Positions 9,255 through 18,901 of a stretch of 64,000 bases of DNA are shown here, piece by piece. The DNA is taken from the NCBI GenBank assembly GCA_964291405.2, contig OZ219926.1, positions 3,296,001 to 3,360,000 on the forward strand, read 5' to 3'. Source of the DNA: Thermodesulfobacteriota bacterium. GTDB taxonomy: Bacteria > Desulfobacterota > Binatia > Bin18. A program made the translations under genes and the position numbers. Each line of letters begins with the position of its first letter. Position 1 is the stretch's first letter. Under the pieces are notes generated by a model that was not told where the DNA came from, searched no databases, and saw nothing but the letters and a program-made list of their open reading frames with translations.

Positions 9255-10193
9255 ATGGCAGAACTCACCAACCCTGTAGTCAACTGTCCTTGCCAACACT
9301 GGGAATCTCCAGAACCTGACTTGGTCTATCAAAGTTTCGAACAAGTAAGACATCAGTTCGCAGCTTTGAGAGATATTCTCGTTCCCGACTCTATTTTGGA
9401 TCAGCACCGTTCATTTGATGAATCGGACAAAGATGAAGCACTCCATCGCTCTGTGCCTGTCCTTGCTGTTAAGAGAGGAACTCTTGGCTCTCTTACTCTC
9501 CCGCTTCATCGTCTGATGCTGGACGATCAGACTATTCATTCTGATGTTGTAAATCAGTACCGTAGCGACCTTGCTGAAAAATGGCTCTTTGCGAGCAACT
9601 ATCATAAACGCTATGAGCTTCATCGAATCTTTAGGAGGCGATGGATAGAGTTGTGTTTTGCGGCATGGCTCCTCGATAATGGTTGGAAGCTTGAAGGGCT
9701 TGAGGCCTATGGTGGGAGTTTTGATGTAGAAGCTTCCGAGTCAGAATCGTCTCGCGCAGCATTCGAGATTAAATACTTAGCTGAGCAGGAATTATCTTTT
9801 GAAATAGGAGTTGCGGCTGCTGTGTCGCCAGAGAGGGTGGCCGTGGACCCTCTGCCTGTCTACTCTCCCATTGATTATTTACTTTTTCGGCTTTTTGAAG
9901 CCGCTAAGCAACTTGAACGATCTCCCAGCCGAAGAATAGTAGTGGCAATAACTGAGGACTACGAGACCTCTTTTCGTATCCCTCTATCGGACTCTTGGGT
10001 TAATTGGACTCATCCAGCGCTTTTTCTCAGAGACAGCGTAATAGCCAAATTCATCGAAAGGAAGAAAAAAGAGATTCATGACCTTGAGCCTGAAATTACA
10101 CGAAAAATCCAAAGTCTGGACGAAATTTGGATTTTTCGTATCGGGAACAATTTTGACATTCATCTTATGCATCGGATCAAGCCGGGAGAATAA
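9255..10193 (+). CDS. Hypothetical protein, probable PD-(D/E)xK nuclease fold
   Basis: 312-aa ORF with GGAGG RBS, visibly more AT-rich than flanks; ELCFAAWL...GSFDVEA...AFEIK...EAAKQL pattern. Confidence 0.6.
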   Translation: MAELTNPVVNCPCQHWESPEPDLVYQSFEQVRHQFAALRDILVPDSILDQHRSFDESDKDEALHRSVPVLAVKRGTLGSLTLPLHRLMLDDQTIHSDVVNQYRSDLAEKWLFASNYHKRYELHRIFRRRWIELCFAAWLLDNGWKLEGLEAYGGSFDVEASESESSRAAFEIKYLAEQELSFEIGVAAAVSPERVAVDPLPVYSPIDYLLFRLFEAAKQLERSPSRRIVVAITEDYETSFRIPLSDSWVNWTHPALFLRDSVIAKFIERKKKEIHDLEPEITRKIQSLDEIWIFRIGNNFDIHLMHRIKPGE

Positions 10194-10274
10194 TTCCCCT
10201 TTGAAGGAGGACACACCGCTTCCTGCTTTAGTACTTGACTCTCCTTCGAGCTTTGGGCATCACAAAACATCCCC

Positions 10275-11594
10275 GTGACCTCCCGCCTGCGCCGGACGCT
10301 CAGCCTTGCCCTGCCCATTATGGGCGGCATGATCTCCCAGAACATCATGAATCTGGTGGACACGGCCATGCTGGGCGTACTCGGCGACGAGGCTCTGGCA
10401 TCGGTCGGGCTGGCCCAGTTCTCAACCTTTACCTGCGGCGCGTTCATCATTGGTTTGGCAACCGGCGTGCAGGCCACTTCGGCCCGCTGGCTGGGGGCCG
10501 GTCGCTTGGGTGAAATCGCAGTGCCACTGAACGGCGGGCTGCTGCTCGTCCTGTTGCTCGGGCTGCCCGCCTCGTTCCTGCTGATCCATCTTGCGCCGGC
10601 CTTGTTCTCCGTACTCAGCCAGGATGCTGCGGTTACCGACCACGGCACGGTCTATTTTCAGGCGCGTCTGGTCGGCCTGCTCGCCATGGGCGTCAACTTT
10701 GTCTTTCGCGGCTACTGGAACGCGGTCAACCTGTCCAAGTTCTATATGCGCACCATCATTCTGATGAACGTGACCAATATCTTCCTCAACTGGGTCTTGA
10801 TCTTCGGCAACCTTGGCGCGCCGCGGCTGGGTGTCGTCGGAGCGGGCATCGGCACGACCACGGCGTTGTATATCGGGTCGGCTATATATCTGCTCACTGC
10901 CCTGCGCCACGCCCGTGACGGTGGCTTTCTGGTCCGTTGGCCGGATCGGGCGACCCTGCTGGCTCTACTGCGGCTCTCGATTCCAGCTGGCATTCAGCAC
11001 GTCTTCTTTGCCGCTGGAATGCTGGCGTTCTTCTGGATTCTGGGCAATATCGGCACTGCGGAACTGGCCGCGGGACACGTCTTGTCCAACCTCCTGCTGC
11101 TGTGGCTGCTCTTGACGAACGGGTTCGGCCTAGCTGCGGCCTCCTTTGTCGGACAGTCCCTGGGTGCCGGCAAGGTGCCGGAGGCACGGGCGTGGGGCTG
11201 GTACGTGACCCGACTCTCCATGCTGGTGGTCGGCGGTCTGGCCCTGCCAGCCCTGCTCGCGCCCGACCTGTTTCTGCTGCTGTTCCTGCGCGACCCGACA
11301 ACGCTGGCGCTCGCCCGGCTGCCACTGCAACTCACCGCTGCCACCATGGCGCTTGAAGCCCTCGGTGCCGTGTTGATGAATGCCCACTACGGAGCCGGGC
11401 ACAGCCGACAGGTGATGGTGATCTCCCTGACTATGCAGTGGTGTCTGTTTCTGCCCATTGCCTTTGCCATGCAAGCCATATGGGGATTCGGCCTGCTGGC
11501 TATCTGGATAGCCAACCTCGTCTATCGTATCCTCCAGTCCGTTACCTTTGTCTGGAGTTGGCAGGCCGGTGGCTGGACCCGGATTCGGGTATAA
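10275..11594 (+). CDS. MATE family efflux transporter
   Basis: LALPIMGG, NLVDTAMLGVLG, NIFLNWVLIFG...LGVVGAGIGT; many hydrophobic segments. Confidence 0.9.
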   Translation: MTSRLRRTLSLALPIMGGMISQNIMNLVDTAMLGVLGDEALASVGLAQFSTFTCGAFIIGLATGVQATSARWLGAGRLGEIAVPLNGGLLLVLLLGLPASFLLIHLAPALFSVLSQDAAVTDHGTVYFQARLVGLLAMGVNFVFRGYWNAVNLSKFYMRTIILMNVTNIFLNWVLIFGNLGAPRLGVVGAGIGTTTALYIGSAIYLLTALRHARDGGFLVRWPDRATLLALLRLSIPAGIQHVFFAAGMLAFFWILGNIGTAELAAGHVLSNLLLLWLLLTNGFGLAAASFVGQSLGAGKVPEARAWGWYVTRLSMLVVGGLALPALLAPDLFLLLFLRDPTTLALARLPLQLTAATMALEALGAVLMNAHYGAGHSRQVMVISLTMQWCLFLPIAFAMQAIWGFGLLAIWIANLVYRILQSVTFVWSWQAGGWTRIRV

Positions 11595-11669
11595 CCGTGA
11601 GTGTGGATATACTGCCCGGACTCCAACCCCGTCTTGTTTTACCGTTCGGTTCATTCGTAGAATGGAGAC

Positions 11670-12074
11670 ATGGCACCAGCCCCCCAACGGGGGAGACGCG
11701 CCTCAACCGTGTCCCGGTCGCCTGCGGGACCTCCCCTGACATTCCAGCAGCAGTATGTGGCTGCAACGCGGTCTCTGAGCCTCCATTTTGCGCAAATTGA
11801 TGCCTGGCTTGCCGATAACGAACCGGCAGTCTGGCAGCATCTCCATCAGGCGGATGACGAACTCTTCCAGTTGAGTCAGCTCAACGTCTCAGAGAGCCGC
11901 TACCAGGCTGCGCTTGAGGCGTTTGTTGCTCGGTGCGAAGAAGTCGAACAGCTCTACTATGAAGTACACCCATCCGAGTTCCGCCTGCCGCCTCTGTCCG
12001 CCGGCGAGCGAATTGCCGTCTATTACGAACTAGGCGATGGCTCGATGCATAAGGTCAGCGGAGAGGAGACCTAG
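11670..12074 (+). CDS. Hypothetical protein
   Basis: 134-aa ORF with GGAG RBS filling the gap between co-oriented genes; no motif recognised. Confidence 0.6.
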   Translation: MAPAPQRGRRASTVSRSPAGPPLTFQQQYVAATRSLSLHFAQIDAWLADNEPAVWQHLHQADDELFQLSQLNVSESRYQAALEAFVARCEEVEQLYYEVHPSEFRLPPLSAGERIAVYYELGDGSMHKVSGEET

Positions 12075-12217
12075 GGACGTGCGCTCCTTCTTCTACCCAT
12101 CCCCCCAACTGCGTTCGCAAGAGCAAAGGAATCCGGTACAGTAGCCCAGCTCTTTTGCAGAGAGCGCTGGGTTCGCACCAGGCCGAGCTCTCGACACAAG
12201 AAGGGGAAGACCGACGC

Positions 12218-13507
12218 ATGACGGATTCTGTTTCCGGACTGACCGCCCTGCGCGACTACTGGCCGCGCCGCTTTACGCTGGTTGGTCTGTGCTTTTGCAG
12301 CACGTTTATTTGTTATATCGACCGGGTCAATATCTCGGTCGCCATTCTCCCCATGGCCCAGGAGTATGGCTGGAATCAAACGACCCAAGGCGTTGTCCTG
12401 TCCTCATTCTTTTACGGCTATCTGGCCACCCAGATTTTCGGTGGCTGGCTGGCAGACCGCTATGGCGGAAAAATGGTCCTCGGCTGGGGTGTGTTGCTGT
12501 GGTCCTTCTTTACCCTGGTCACGCCACCCGCAGCAGCGATTTCACTCACTGTGCTCTTTCTCGCCAGGGTTGGCATGGGCCTGGGGGAGGGTGTGGCCTT
12601 TCCGGCGATTTATAATCTCTTTGCGCGCTGGGTGCCGGGTCAGGAGCGAGCTCGTTCAGCCGCGCTCAACGTAAGCGGCGTCTCCCTTGGCACGGTTGCT
12701 GCTCTGCTCCTGACGCCGACCATTGTGGTGGTCTGGGGCTGGCCGATGGTGTTCTACCTGTTCGGCGGGCTGGGGTTTGTCTGGTATCTCTTCTGGCACT
12801 ACCGCGTCACCGACACACCGGAAACCCACCCTACCATCGCTCCCACAGAAGTCGCCTATATCCGAGAGCATACTTCCCCGATTCCAGCCAACCTCACAAT
12901 CCCGTGGCGACACCTGCTGTCCAAAACCGCGGTCTGGGCCATTGTGATTAACCACTTTTGTTCCAACTGGGGATTCTACGTTATCCTGACTTGGCTACCG
13001 ACCTATTTTAACCAGGCGCTCGGGGTCGATCTCCGTCAGGTCGGGCTGTACACCATCCTGCCCTGGTTGGCCATGTTTATCATGGCCAATGTCGCCGGCT
13101 GGATCGCGGACAGCCTGCTGCAACGCGGTCTGTCCGTTACCTTTGTCCGCAAGCTGATGCAGAGCATAGGCTTCTTCGGTCCGGCACTGTTCCTCTTTCT
13201 GATCGGCGAGGTCACCTCGGCCCTTCAGGCGGTCAGCTATATGTGCTGTGTGCTTGGGCTTGGCGCCTTTGCCCTGTCCGGCTTCGCGGTGAACCACCTC
13301 GATATCGGTCCACGTTACGCCGGTATTCTGCTAGGTCTCTCAAATACGGCCGGAACGATCCCGGGTATTATCGGCGTGACCCTGACCGGCTACATCCTGG
13401 ATGCCACCGGTTCGTGGAGCCTCGTCTTTCTGATCGCCTCAGGGCTGTATGTCTTCGGAGCAGTGGTCTGGCTGCTGTTTGCCACCGGCGAGCAGGTGTT
13501 TGAGTAG
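12218..13507 (+). CDS. MFS transporter, anion:cation symporter (ACS/SLC17-like) family
   Basis: YIDRVNISVAI, SSFFYGY...QIFGGWLADRYGG, WLPTYF, NHLDIGPRYAG...SNTAGTIPG. Confidence 0.9.
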   Translation: MTDSVSGLTALRDYWPRRFTLVGLCFCSTFICYIDRVNISVAILPMAQEYGWNQTTQGVVLSSFFYGYLATQIFGGWLADRYGGKMVLGWGVLLWSFFTLVTPPAAAISLTVLFLARVGMGLGEGVAFPAIYNLFARWVPGQERARSAALNVSGVSLGTVAALLLTPTIVVVWGWPMVFYLFGGLGFVWYLFWHYRVTDTPETHPTIAPTEVAYIREHTSPIPANLTIPWRHLLSKTAVWAIVINHFCSNWGFYVILTWLPTYFNQALGVDLRQVGLYTILPWLAMFIMANVAGWIADSLLQRGLSVTFVRKLMQSIGFFGPALFLFLIGEVTSALQAVSYMCCVLGLGAFALSGFAVNHLDIGPRYAGILLGLSNTAGTIPGIIGVTLTGYILDATGSWSLVFLIASGLYVFGAVVWLLFATGEQVFE

Positions 13508-13515
13508 CCCTGCAC

Positions 13516-13719
13516 CTATTCCGGCTTCTTCTTAATCTCGTAGCCCAGCTCTTCAACGGCCAGCAGGATGTCGGCAATGGCCGTGAAATCCTGAATATCC
13601 GCATGTCCCATACGGATGCTGACGGCGTAGTTGGAGCCGTATGGGTGCTTGGTCCGCCGGTGCTGAAACACCGCTTTGGCGAGCCTGAGGAGATCGAACT
13701 TCGGGTTATCGTTTTCCAT
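13516..13719 (-). CDS. Small hypothetical protein
   Basis: ATG begins 1 nt after the stop of the TusA-like gene; host-like composition. Confidence 0.55.
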   Translation of the reverse strand: MENDNPKFDLLRLAKAVFQHRRTKHPYGSNYAVSIRMGHADIQDFTAIADILLAVEELGYEIKKKPE

Positions 13720-13720
13720 G

Positions 13721-13963
13721 CTATTTCTCAATCACGATGCGCCACTGCTGAGGGGTATCCGATTCAGCCGCCTCTTCTATCTCAACAATGGCATAGCCTT
13801 CCGCTTCCGCGGCCCGGGGAATATCACGCCGGCCTTTGGGATCGTCAATGACGAGTTCGAGTTGGTCGCCCTGGTCGAGGTATTCCAGGCGCACCTTGGC
13901 CTTGGCCCAATTCAAGGGGCATTTGACGCCGCGCAGGTTCAGGTGTTCGATTTTGCCGCTCAT
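13721..13963 (-). CDS. TusA/SirA-family sulfur carrier
   Basis: LNLRGVKCPLN motif, GDQLELVIDD, 80 aa; AGGAGG RBS. Confidence 0.85.
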   Translation of the reverse strand: MSGKIEHLNLRGVKCPLNWAKAKVRLEYLDQGDQLELVIDDPKGRRDIPRAAEAEGYAIVEIEEAAESDTPQQWRIVIEK

Positions 13964-14115
13964 CGCCTCCTACATACCAGACAGACTCCGGGGTGTCAGC
14001 GCAGCCCATTATGACTCTTTGCCGCTCGCTATCTCTTGCTCTCGCCCCTCCCCGTTTCTCCCCGCCTTCCGATGCGCTAGGGTAGGCCAATCTTCAGAAA
14101 ACACCGGGGTGTGGT

Positions 14116-16164
14116 GTGGAACGCGACGAGAGCCGTCCTGAGAGATATACGCTGCGGTCGGATGCGGAGAGCCACCGGTCACGGCAATTTACCATTGACT
14201 ACAAGCACGAGCTGAACCCCAGCCAGTACGAGGCCGTAACCATGCGCAACGGTCCGGTACTGGTGCTGGCCGGAGCCGGCAGCGGTAAGACACGGACCCT
14301 GGTATTCCGGGTCGCGCGGATGATCGAAGAAGGCGTTGATCCGGCCTGCTTGCTCCTCCTGACCTTCACCCGTCGGGCCGCGGAAGAAATGATCCAGCGC
14401 GCCGAGGCCCTCATGGGCGGCCGCTGCGATAAGGTGACAGGCGGGACGTTTCATTCTTTTGCCAACACCGTCCTGCGGCGCTACGCCTCCCTGCTCGGAT
14501 TTGCCAATGCCTTCACGATTCTGGACCGGGGCGACTCCGAGGATGCAATTAATCTGATCCGGGCGCGCCTTGGTCTGGACAAAAAGGCGCGTCGCTTCCC
14601 ACGCAAACAGACGATTGCCGAGATCATCAGCCTGGCGGCCAATAAGACTACCAGTGTAGCGGAAGTGCTTGACTCGCAGTTTCCCCATCTGTTTTCCGAA
14701 CTCGACGACCTCAGCCGGATTGAAGAATATTACCGGCAGTATAAACGCGAACGCAGCCTGCTCGACTACGACGATCTGCTGACCCATTTGCGCGAACTGC
14801 TGCGCAGCCACCCAGAGGTCGCAGAACGCCTCTCCTATACCTATCGCTACATCATGGTTGATGAGTATCAGGACACGAACCGACTCCAGGCCGAAATCGT
14901 GCGTTTGCTGGCCCATGTGCACGACAACGTCATGGCGGTCGGTGATGATGCCCAGTCGATCTATAGTTTTCGCGGTGCCACTGTTCGCAATATTTTTGAG
15001 TTTCCAGACATGTTTCCCGACACGAAGGTGATCAAGCTCGAAGAAAACTACCGCAGTACCCAGCCGATCCTTGACCTGTCGAACGAAATTATTCTGCAAG
15101 CCAAGGAGCGCTACACCAAGAACCTGTTCACCAAAAAGGATAGCGGCTTTCAGCCCGCGTTGATCGAAGCTGACAGCGAGCGCTACCAGTCGCGCTTTGT
15201 GGCCCAAAAGATTTTGGAGCTGCGCGAGGAAGGCGTACCCCTGACCGAGATGGCGGTCCTCTTCCGCTCCAGCTTTCATTCCTTCGATCTTGAGATCGAA
15301 CTGAGTAAGTGTGACCTGCCGTTCGTGAAGCGGGGCGGATTCAAATTTATTGAGACCACTCACGTCAAGGATGTCCTGGCCCATCTGCGTGTGCTGGCCA
15401 ACCCCCAGGACGCGGTGTCGTGGCACCGGGTGCTCCTTCTGCTCGAAGGTGTCGGGCCCAAGAGTAGCGACAAGATTCTCAGCCATGTGCTAGGCGGGGC
15501 CGATCAGGTGCAGCGCCTGGCCGACTACCCAGGCCGCGGCGCGGTCAAGAACGAGGTGCAGAAACTGGCTGTCGCGCTCCAAACCGTTGCTGATCCCAAC
15601 CTCCAGCCGCGCGAGCAGATCGACCTGATCGTGCAGTACTATCTGCCGATTCTCAAACAGAATCATCGGGACGATTATCCCAAGCGCCAGAAAGACCTAG
15701 AGCATTTTTCGATTATTACCGAACGCTACCGCAGTCTGAACCGGCTGCTGTCGGACATGGCCCTGGAGCCACCCAACAGCAGCGTGGGCGATGTGCTGGC
15801 AACCGATAAGGATGAAGAAGGCGTGCTGACCCTGTCGACCATTCACTCGGCAAAAGGGCTGGAATGGCACTCGGTGTTTATCATCTGGGCAGTCGAGGGA
15901 CGTTTTCCTTCGCTGTATAACAAGGAGGATGACGAACTCGAAGAGGAGCGACGGTTGATGTATGTTGCCGCCACCCGGGCAAAAGAAAACCTGTTTATTT
16001 CGTATCCCATCAATATCTTTGATCGCGCGACCGGTATGGTGCTCAGTAAACCGTCGCGTTTTCTGGAAGACATTCCCCGCCGTATTCTGAAACCGGTTTT
16101 CCTCATTGAAGAAGAGGACGAAGACGAGGACGACTGGCGCCAGCGTCGCAGTCGGGCTTGGTGA
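14116..16164 (+). CDS. UvrD/PcrA-family ATP-dependent helicase
   Basis: AGAGSGKT, TFTRRAA, VDEYQD, VGDDAQSIYSFRGA, LEENYRS, STIHSAKGLEW, EERRLMYVAATRA. Confidence 0.95.
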   Translation: MERDESRPERYTLRSDAESHRSRQFTIDYKHELNPSQYEAVTMRNGPVLVLAGAGSGKTRTLVFRVARMIEEGVDPACLLLLTFTRRAAEEMIQRAEALMGGRCDKVTGGTFHSFANTVLRRYASLLGFANAFTILDRGDSEDAINLIRARLGLDKKARRFPRKQTIAEIISLAANKTTSVAEVLDSQFPHLFSELDDLSRIEEYYRQYKRERSLLDYDDLLTHLRELLRSHPEVAERLSYTYRYIMVDEYQDTNRLQAEIVRLLAHVHDNVMAVGDDAQSIYSFRGATVRNIFEFPDMFPDTKVIKLEENYRSTQPILDLSNEIILQAKERYTKNLFTKKDSGFQPALIEADSERYQSRFVAQKILELREEGVPLTEMAVLFRSSFHSFDLEIELSKCDLPFVKRGGFKFIETTHVKDVLAHLRVLANPQDAVSWHRVLLLLEGVGPKSSDKILSHVLGGADQVQRLADYPGRGAVKNEVQKLAVALQTVADPNLQPREQIDLIVQYYLPILKQNHRDDYPKRQKDLEHFSIITERYRSLNRLLSDMALEPPNSSVGDVLATDKDEEGVLTLSTIHSAKGLEWHSVFIIWAVEGRFPSLYNKEDDELEEERRLMYVAATRAKENLFISYPINIFDRATGMVLSKPSRFLEDIPRRILKPVFLIEEEDEDEDDWRQRRSRAW

Positions 16165-16183
16165 AGAAACCCGCCCGTTGCTC

Positions 16184-17008
16184 TTATCCGGTGACGGTCG
16201 AAGCCCGTCCGGCGTGTTCGTCCAGGAATGCTCCTAGGGCCGCATTAAACAGATCGGGCTTTTCGAGATTCGACAGATGCCCGCAGTCCGGAATGGTCAG
16301 CAGCGAGGCGCCGGGGGTCTGTTTCACCAGGAATTCCGAAGCCGAGGGTGGGGTGACTTGGTCTTCTTCCCCGACAATTACCAGGGTCGGTACCGCAATC
16401 TGCGGCAGGATCGCACGGAAATCGGTTGTTATAATGGCGTGCAGGGCCTGTTTATACGCCTCGGTGCGCAGCGCGGACATGGAGGCGATTAGCCGCTCAC
16501 GCACGGCTTGTCCCGCACTTTCGGCAACCAGGACCTTGACCACCTCAGGCGCAATGTCCGCCGGGGTGAGACCGTTTTCCAACGGATCGAGCCGGCGGGC
16601 GAGAAAGTCCTGCCGGACGGCTTCAGGAACCCCACCGAAACCGGACGAGGTATCAACCAGGGCGAGAGTAGCGACTCGGTCGGTATAGCGCCCATAGAAG
16701 TCCTGGATAATCATGCCGCCCATAGACAGCCCGACCAGGTGAGCCCGTTCGGCTTTGAGCCGGTCCAGGAGACGGCACAGGTCATCGGCAAAATCGCTGA
16801 ACCGGAGCGTCTGGGGAGAGTCGTCGCTGTCGAGATAGCCCCGCGCGTCCCAGGCCACCGTGCAAAACCGCCTCCCAAAATGGGCCAACTGATCCGTCCA
16901 GTTCCGTCGGTTACCGCCGATGCCGTGCAGGAAAACAACGACCGGGCCACTGCCTTCAATATCGTAAGCAATCGAGACCGGATCCTCCGTCTTTCGTGTT
17001 TCGGCCAT
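16184..17008 (-). CDS. Alpha/beta hydrolase (PcaD-like)
   Basis: FLHGIGG, GLSMGG nucleophile elbow, GEEDQVTP, GHLSNLE. Confidence 0.88.
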   Translation of the reverse strand: MAETRKTEDPVSIAYDIEGSGPVVVFLHGIGGNRRNWTDQLAHFGRRFCTVAWDARGYLDSDDSPQTLRFSDFADDLCRLLDRLKAERAHLVGLSMGGMIIQDFYGRYTDRVATLALVDTSSGFGGVPEAVRQDFLARRLDPLENGLTPADIAPEVVKVLVAESAGQAVRERLIASMSALRTEAYKQALHAIITTDFRAILPQIAVPTLVIVGEEDQVTPPSASEFLVKQTPGASLLTIPDCGHLSNLEKPDLFNAALGAFLDEHAGRASTVTG

Positions 17009-17035
17009 GGGACACTCCTTGAGCTGTTTTAGTTC

Positions 17036-18754
17036 CTACATTGCTTCCAGGGTTTCAATTCCGAGCAGGTCCAAGCCTGTCTTCAAATACCGGGCCGTGA
17101 GGTCGCATAATAACAGGCGCGTTGGCTGCCGGTCCTGCGGGGCCTTGAGCACGGAATATGCCTGGTAGAAAAGATTAAACTGTGTGGCCAATTCGTACAA
17201 GAAGTTGGCCAAGAGGTTTGGCTTGTATGAGCGCTCAACCTCAATCAGGACATCGCCAAAGCGGAGCATCTGTTTGGCCAGGGCCTGCTCTTCCGGTGCT
17301 AGCAGTCGGACCGGCATATCTGGAGTCGGCTGCCAGTCAGTAAAACCACCTTTGCGAAAAATCGAACGAATCCGCGCATAGGCATATTGCAGATACGGCG
17401 CGGTATTGCCGTCCAAGGCGAGCAACTTATCCCAACTGAAGCGGTAATCCGCGGTACGATTTTGCATCAGGTCGGCGTATTTGACCGCGCCAATCCCGAC
17501 GATGCGCGCCACAGTAGCCTGTTCTGCGGCTGATAGACTCGGATTTTTTTCCTGGACAATTGCCCGCGCGCGCTCCTCGGCTTCGTCCAGTAGGGCGGCG
17601 AGTTTGATGGGCTGGCCCTCACGGGTTTTGATTGGCTTACCGTCCACTCCCAGGATGGTGCCGAACCAGACATGTTCCAGGGCCATGCTATGTCCCCAGC
17701 TTTGGGCTGCGACAAAGAGTTGCCGAAAATGAAGCTGCTGGCGGCCGTCCGTTACATAGATGATACGGTTTGGTTGAAAGGTCTCGGCCCGGTATTGAAT
17801 CGTTGCCAGGTCAGTCGTGGCATACAGGAAGGCGCCGTCTTGTTTTTGAATCAGGAACGGAGTTTCCGCCAGCTCGGTGTCCTCGTCGTAGAAGATGCAG
17901 ATAGCGCCCTCGCTTGGCCGAGCTAGCTTCTTCTCGCGCAGTTCTTGGACGACATTGGCGAGCATCGGATTGTAAAAGCTCTCTCCGAGCCAGTGATCGA
18001 AGTGCACGTTCAGGCGCGCATAGATGCGCTCGAAGGCTTGGCGTGAGACCTGCATGAATTCGTTCCACAGCGCGGTATTGGCCTCGTCTCCCTGCTGAAG
18101 TTTAGCCAACTCTTCGCGTGCCTGGTCGGCTAGGGCTGCATCCGTTGTGGCTCTGGCCTGGACCTCTTTGTAGATGCGCTCCATTTCGGCCAGGGGGTCC
18201 CGCTCATACGCCGCTTGGTCAAGAAAAGAACGATAGCCGACAATCAACATGCCAAACTGTGTGCCCCAGTCGCCCAGATGATTGTCCGTCTCCACCGTGT
18301 GTCCGCGAAAACGCAACACACGGGTGAGCGCGTCGCCCAGGATGGTGGAACGAATATGACCAACGTGCATGGATTTGGCCACGTTGGGGGCGCTGAAGTC
18401 GATGACTATGGTTTCCGGGCTGGCAGCCGGGTCAACACCGAGCTGGTCGTCTTGGGCGATAGCCAGCAGGGTCTGCCCCAGCCAGTCTGGGTCAAGACGA
18501 AAATTGATAAAGCCCGGTCCGGCAATCTCCCAGCTTGCGGGGATCTCGTCGGGGTTAAGCTGGGCCACAACAGCCTCGGCTAATTGGCGTGGATTTTGTT
18601 TATGCGCTTTGGCAACCGCCATGATGCCGTTGGCCTGATAGTCGCCGAATTTTGGGTTGGCAGCAGGCTTGACAATCGCCGGAGCGGTCGTCCCACTGGC
18701 TGCCTCAATGGCTCGTGTCGTCTTTTCTTCCAAGAATTGTTGTACTGTTGGCAT
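17036..18754 (-). CDS. argS: Arginine--tRNA ligase
   Basis: FGDYQAN, IAGPGFIN, SAPNVAKSMHVGHIRS, NHLGDWGTQFG, GNTAPYLQYAYARI. Confidence 0.97.
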   Translation of the reverse strand: MPTVQQFLEEKTTRAIEAASGTTAPAIVKPAANPKFGDYQANGIMAVAKAHKQNPRQLAEAVVAQLNPDEIPASWEIAGPGFINFRLDPDWLGQTLLAIAQDDQLGVDPAASPETIVIDFSAPNVAKSMHVGHIRSTILGDALTRVLRFRGHTVETDNHLGDWGTQFGMLIVGYRSFLDQAAYERDPLAEMERIYKEVQARATTDAALADQAREELAKLQQGDEANTALWNEFMQVSRQAFERIYARLNVHFDHWLGESFYNPMLANVVQELREKKLARPSEGAICIFYDEDTELAETPFLIQKQDGAFLYATTDLATIQYRAETFQPNRIIYVTDGRQQLHFRQLFVAAQSWGHSMALEHVWFGTILGVDGKPIKTREGQPIKLAALLDEAEERARAIVQEKNPSLSAAEQATVARIVGIGAVKYADLMQNRTADYRFSWDKLLALDGNTAPYLQYAYARIRSIFRKGGFTDWQPTPDMPVRLLAPEEQALAKQMLRFGDVLIEVERSYKPNLLANFLYELATQFNLFYQAYSVLKAPQDRQPTRLLLCDLTARYLKTGLDLLGIETLEAM

Positions 18755-18901
18755 AATAGTAGGGGTTGGGGGTTAGGGACACTCGTTCCTTCCTTTGACT
18801 TGTGCCATGATTTTTGAAAATAACCTACCACCCGGCATACATAGCAGAAGATTGGAGCGAACGAAGCGCCGGACAGTGGCATGTGGTGAGGGCGAACAGG
18901 G

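Noticed and set aside
10192-10212. AATTCCCCTTTGAAGGAGG as a seventh family A copy closing the TA/nuclease islet
   Set aside because: Only the first ~9 nt match, and the second hairpin and GGGGTGGGT tail are missing, so it is too weak to call
12140-12175. Imperfect hairpin upstream of the MFS gene as a riboswitch
   Set aside because: No recognisable aptamer consensus; it could be a chance stem
14179-15486. Long antisense or alternative-frame ORFs (e.g. 14179-15486, 6452-7459, 32207-33187, 33195-34097, 42494-43348)
   Set aside because: They overlap well-supported genes on the opposite strand, have no motifs and are expected shadows in GC-rich DNA
18760-18780. GGGGTTGGGGGTTAGGG upstream of argS as a tandem repeat or G-quadruplex
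   Set aside because: Only about two units and three G-runs, with a single occurrence
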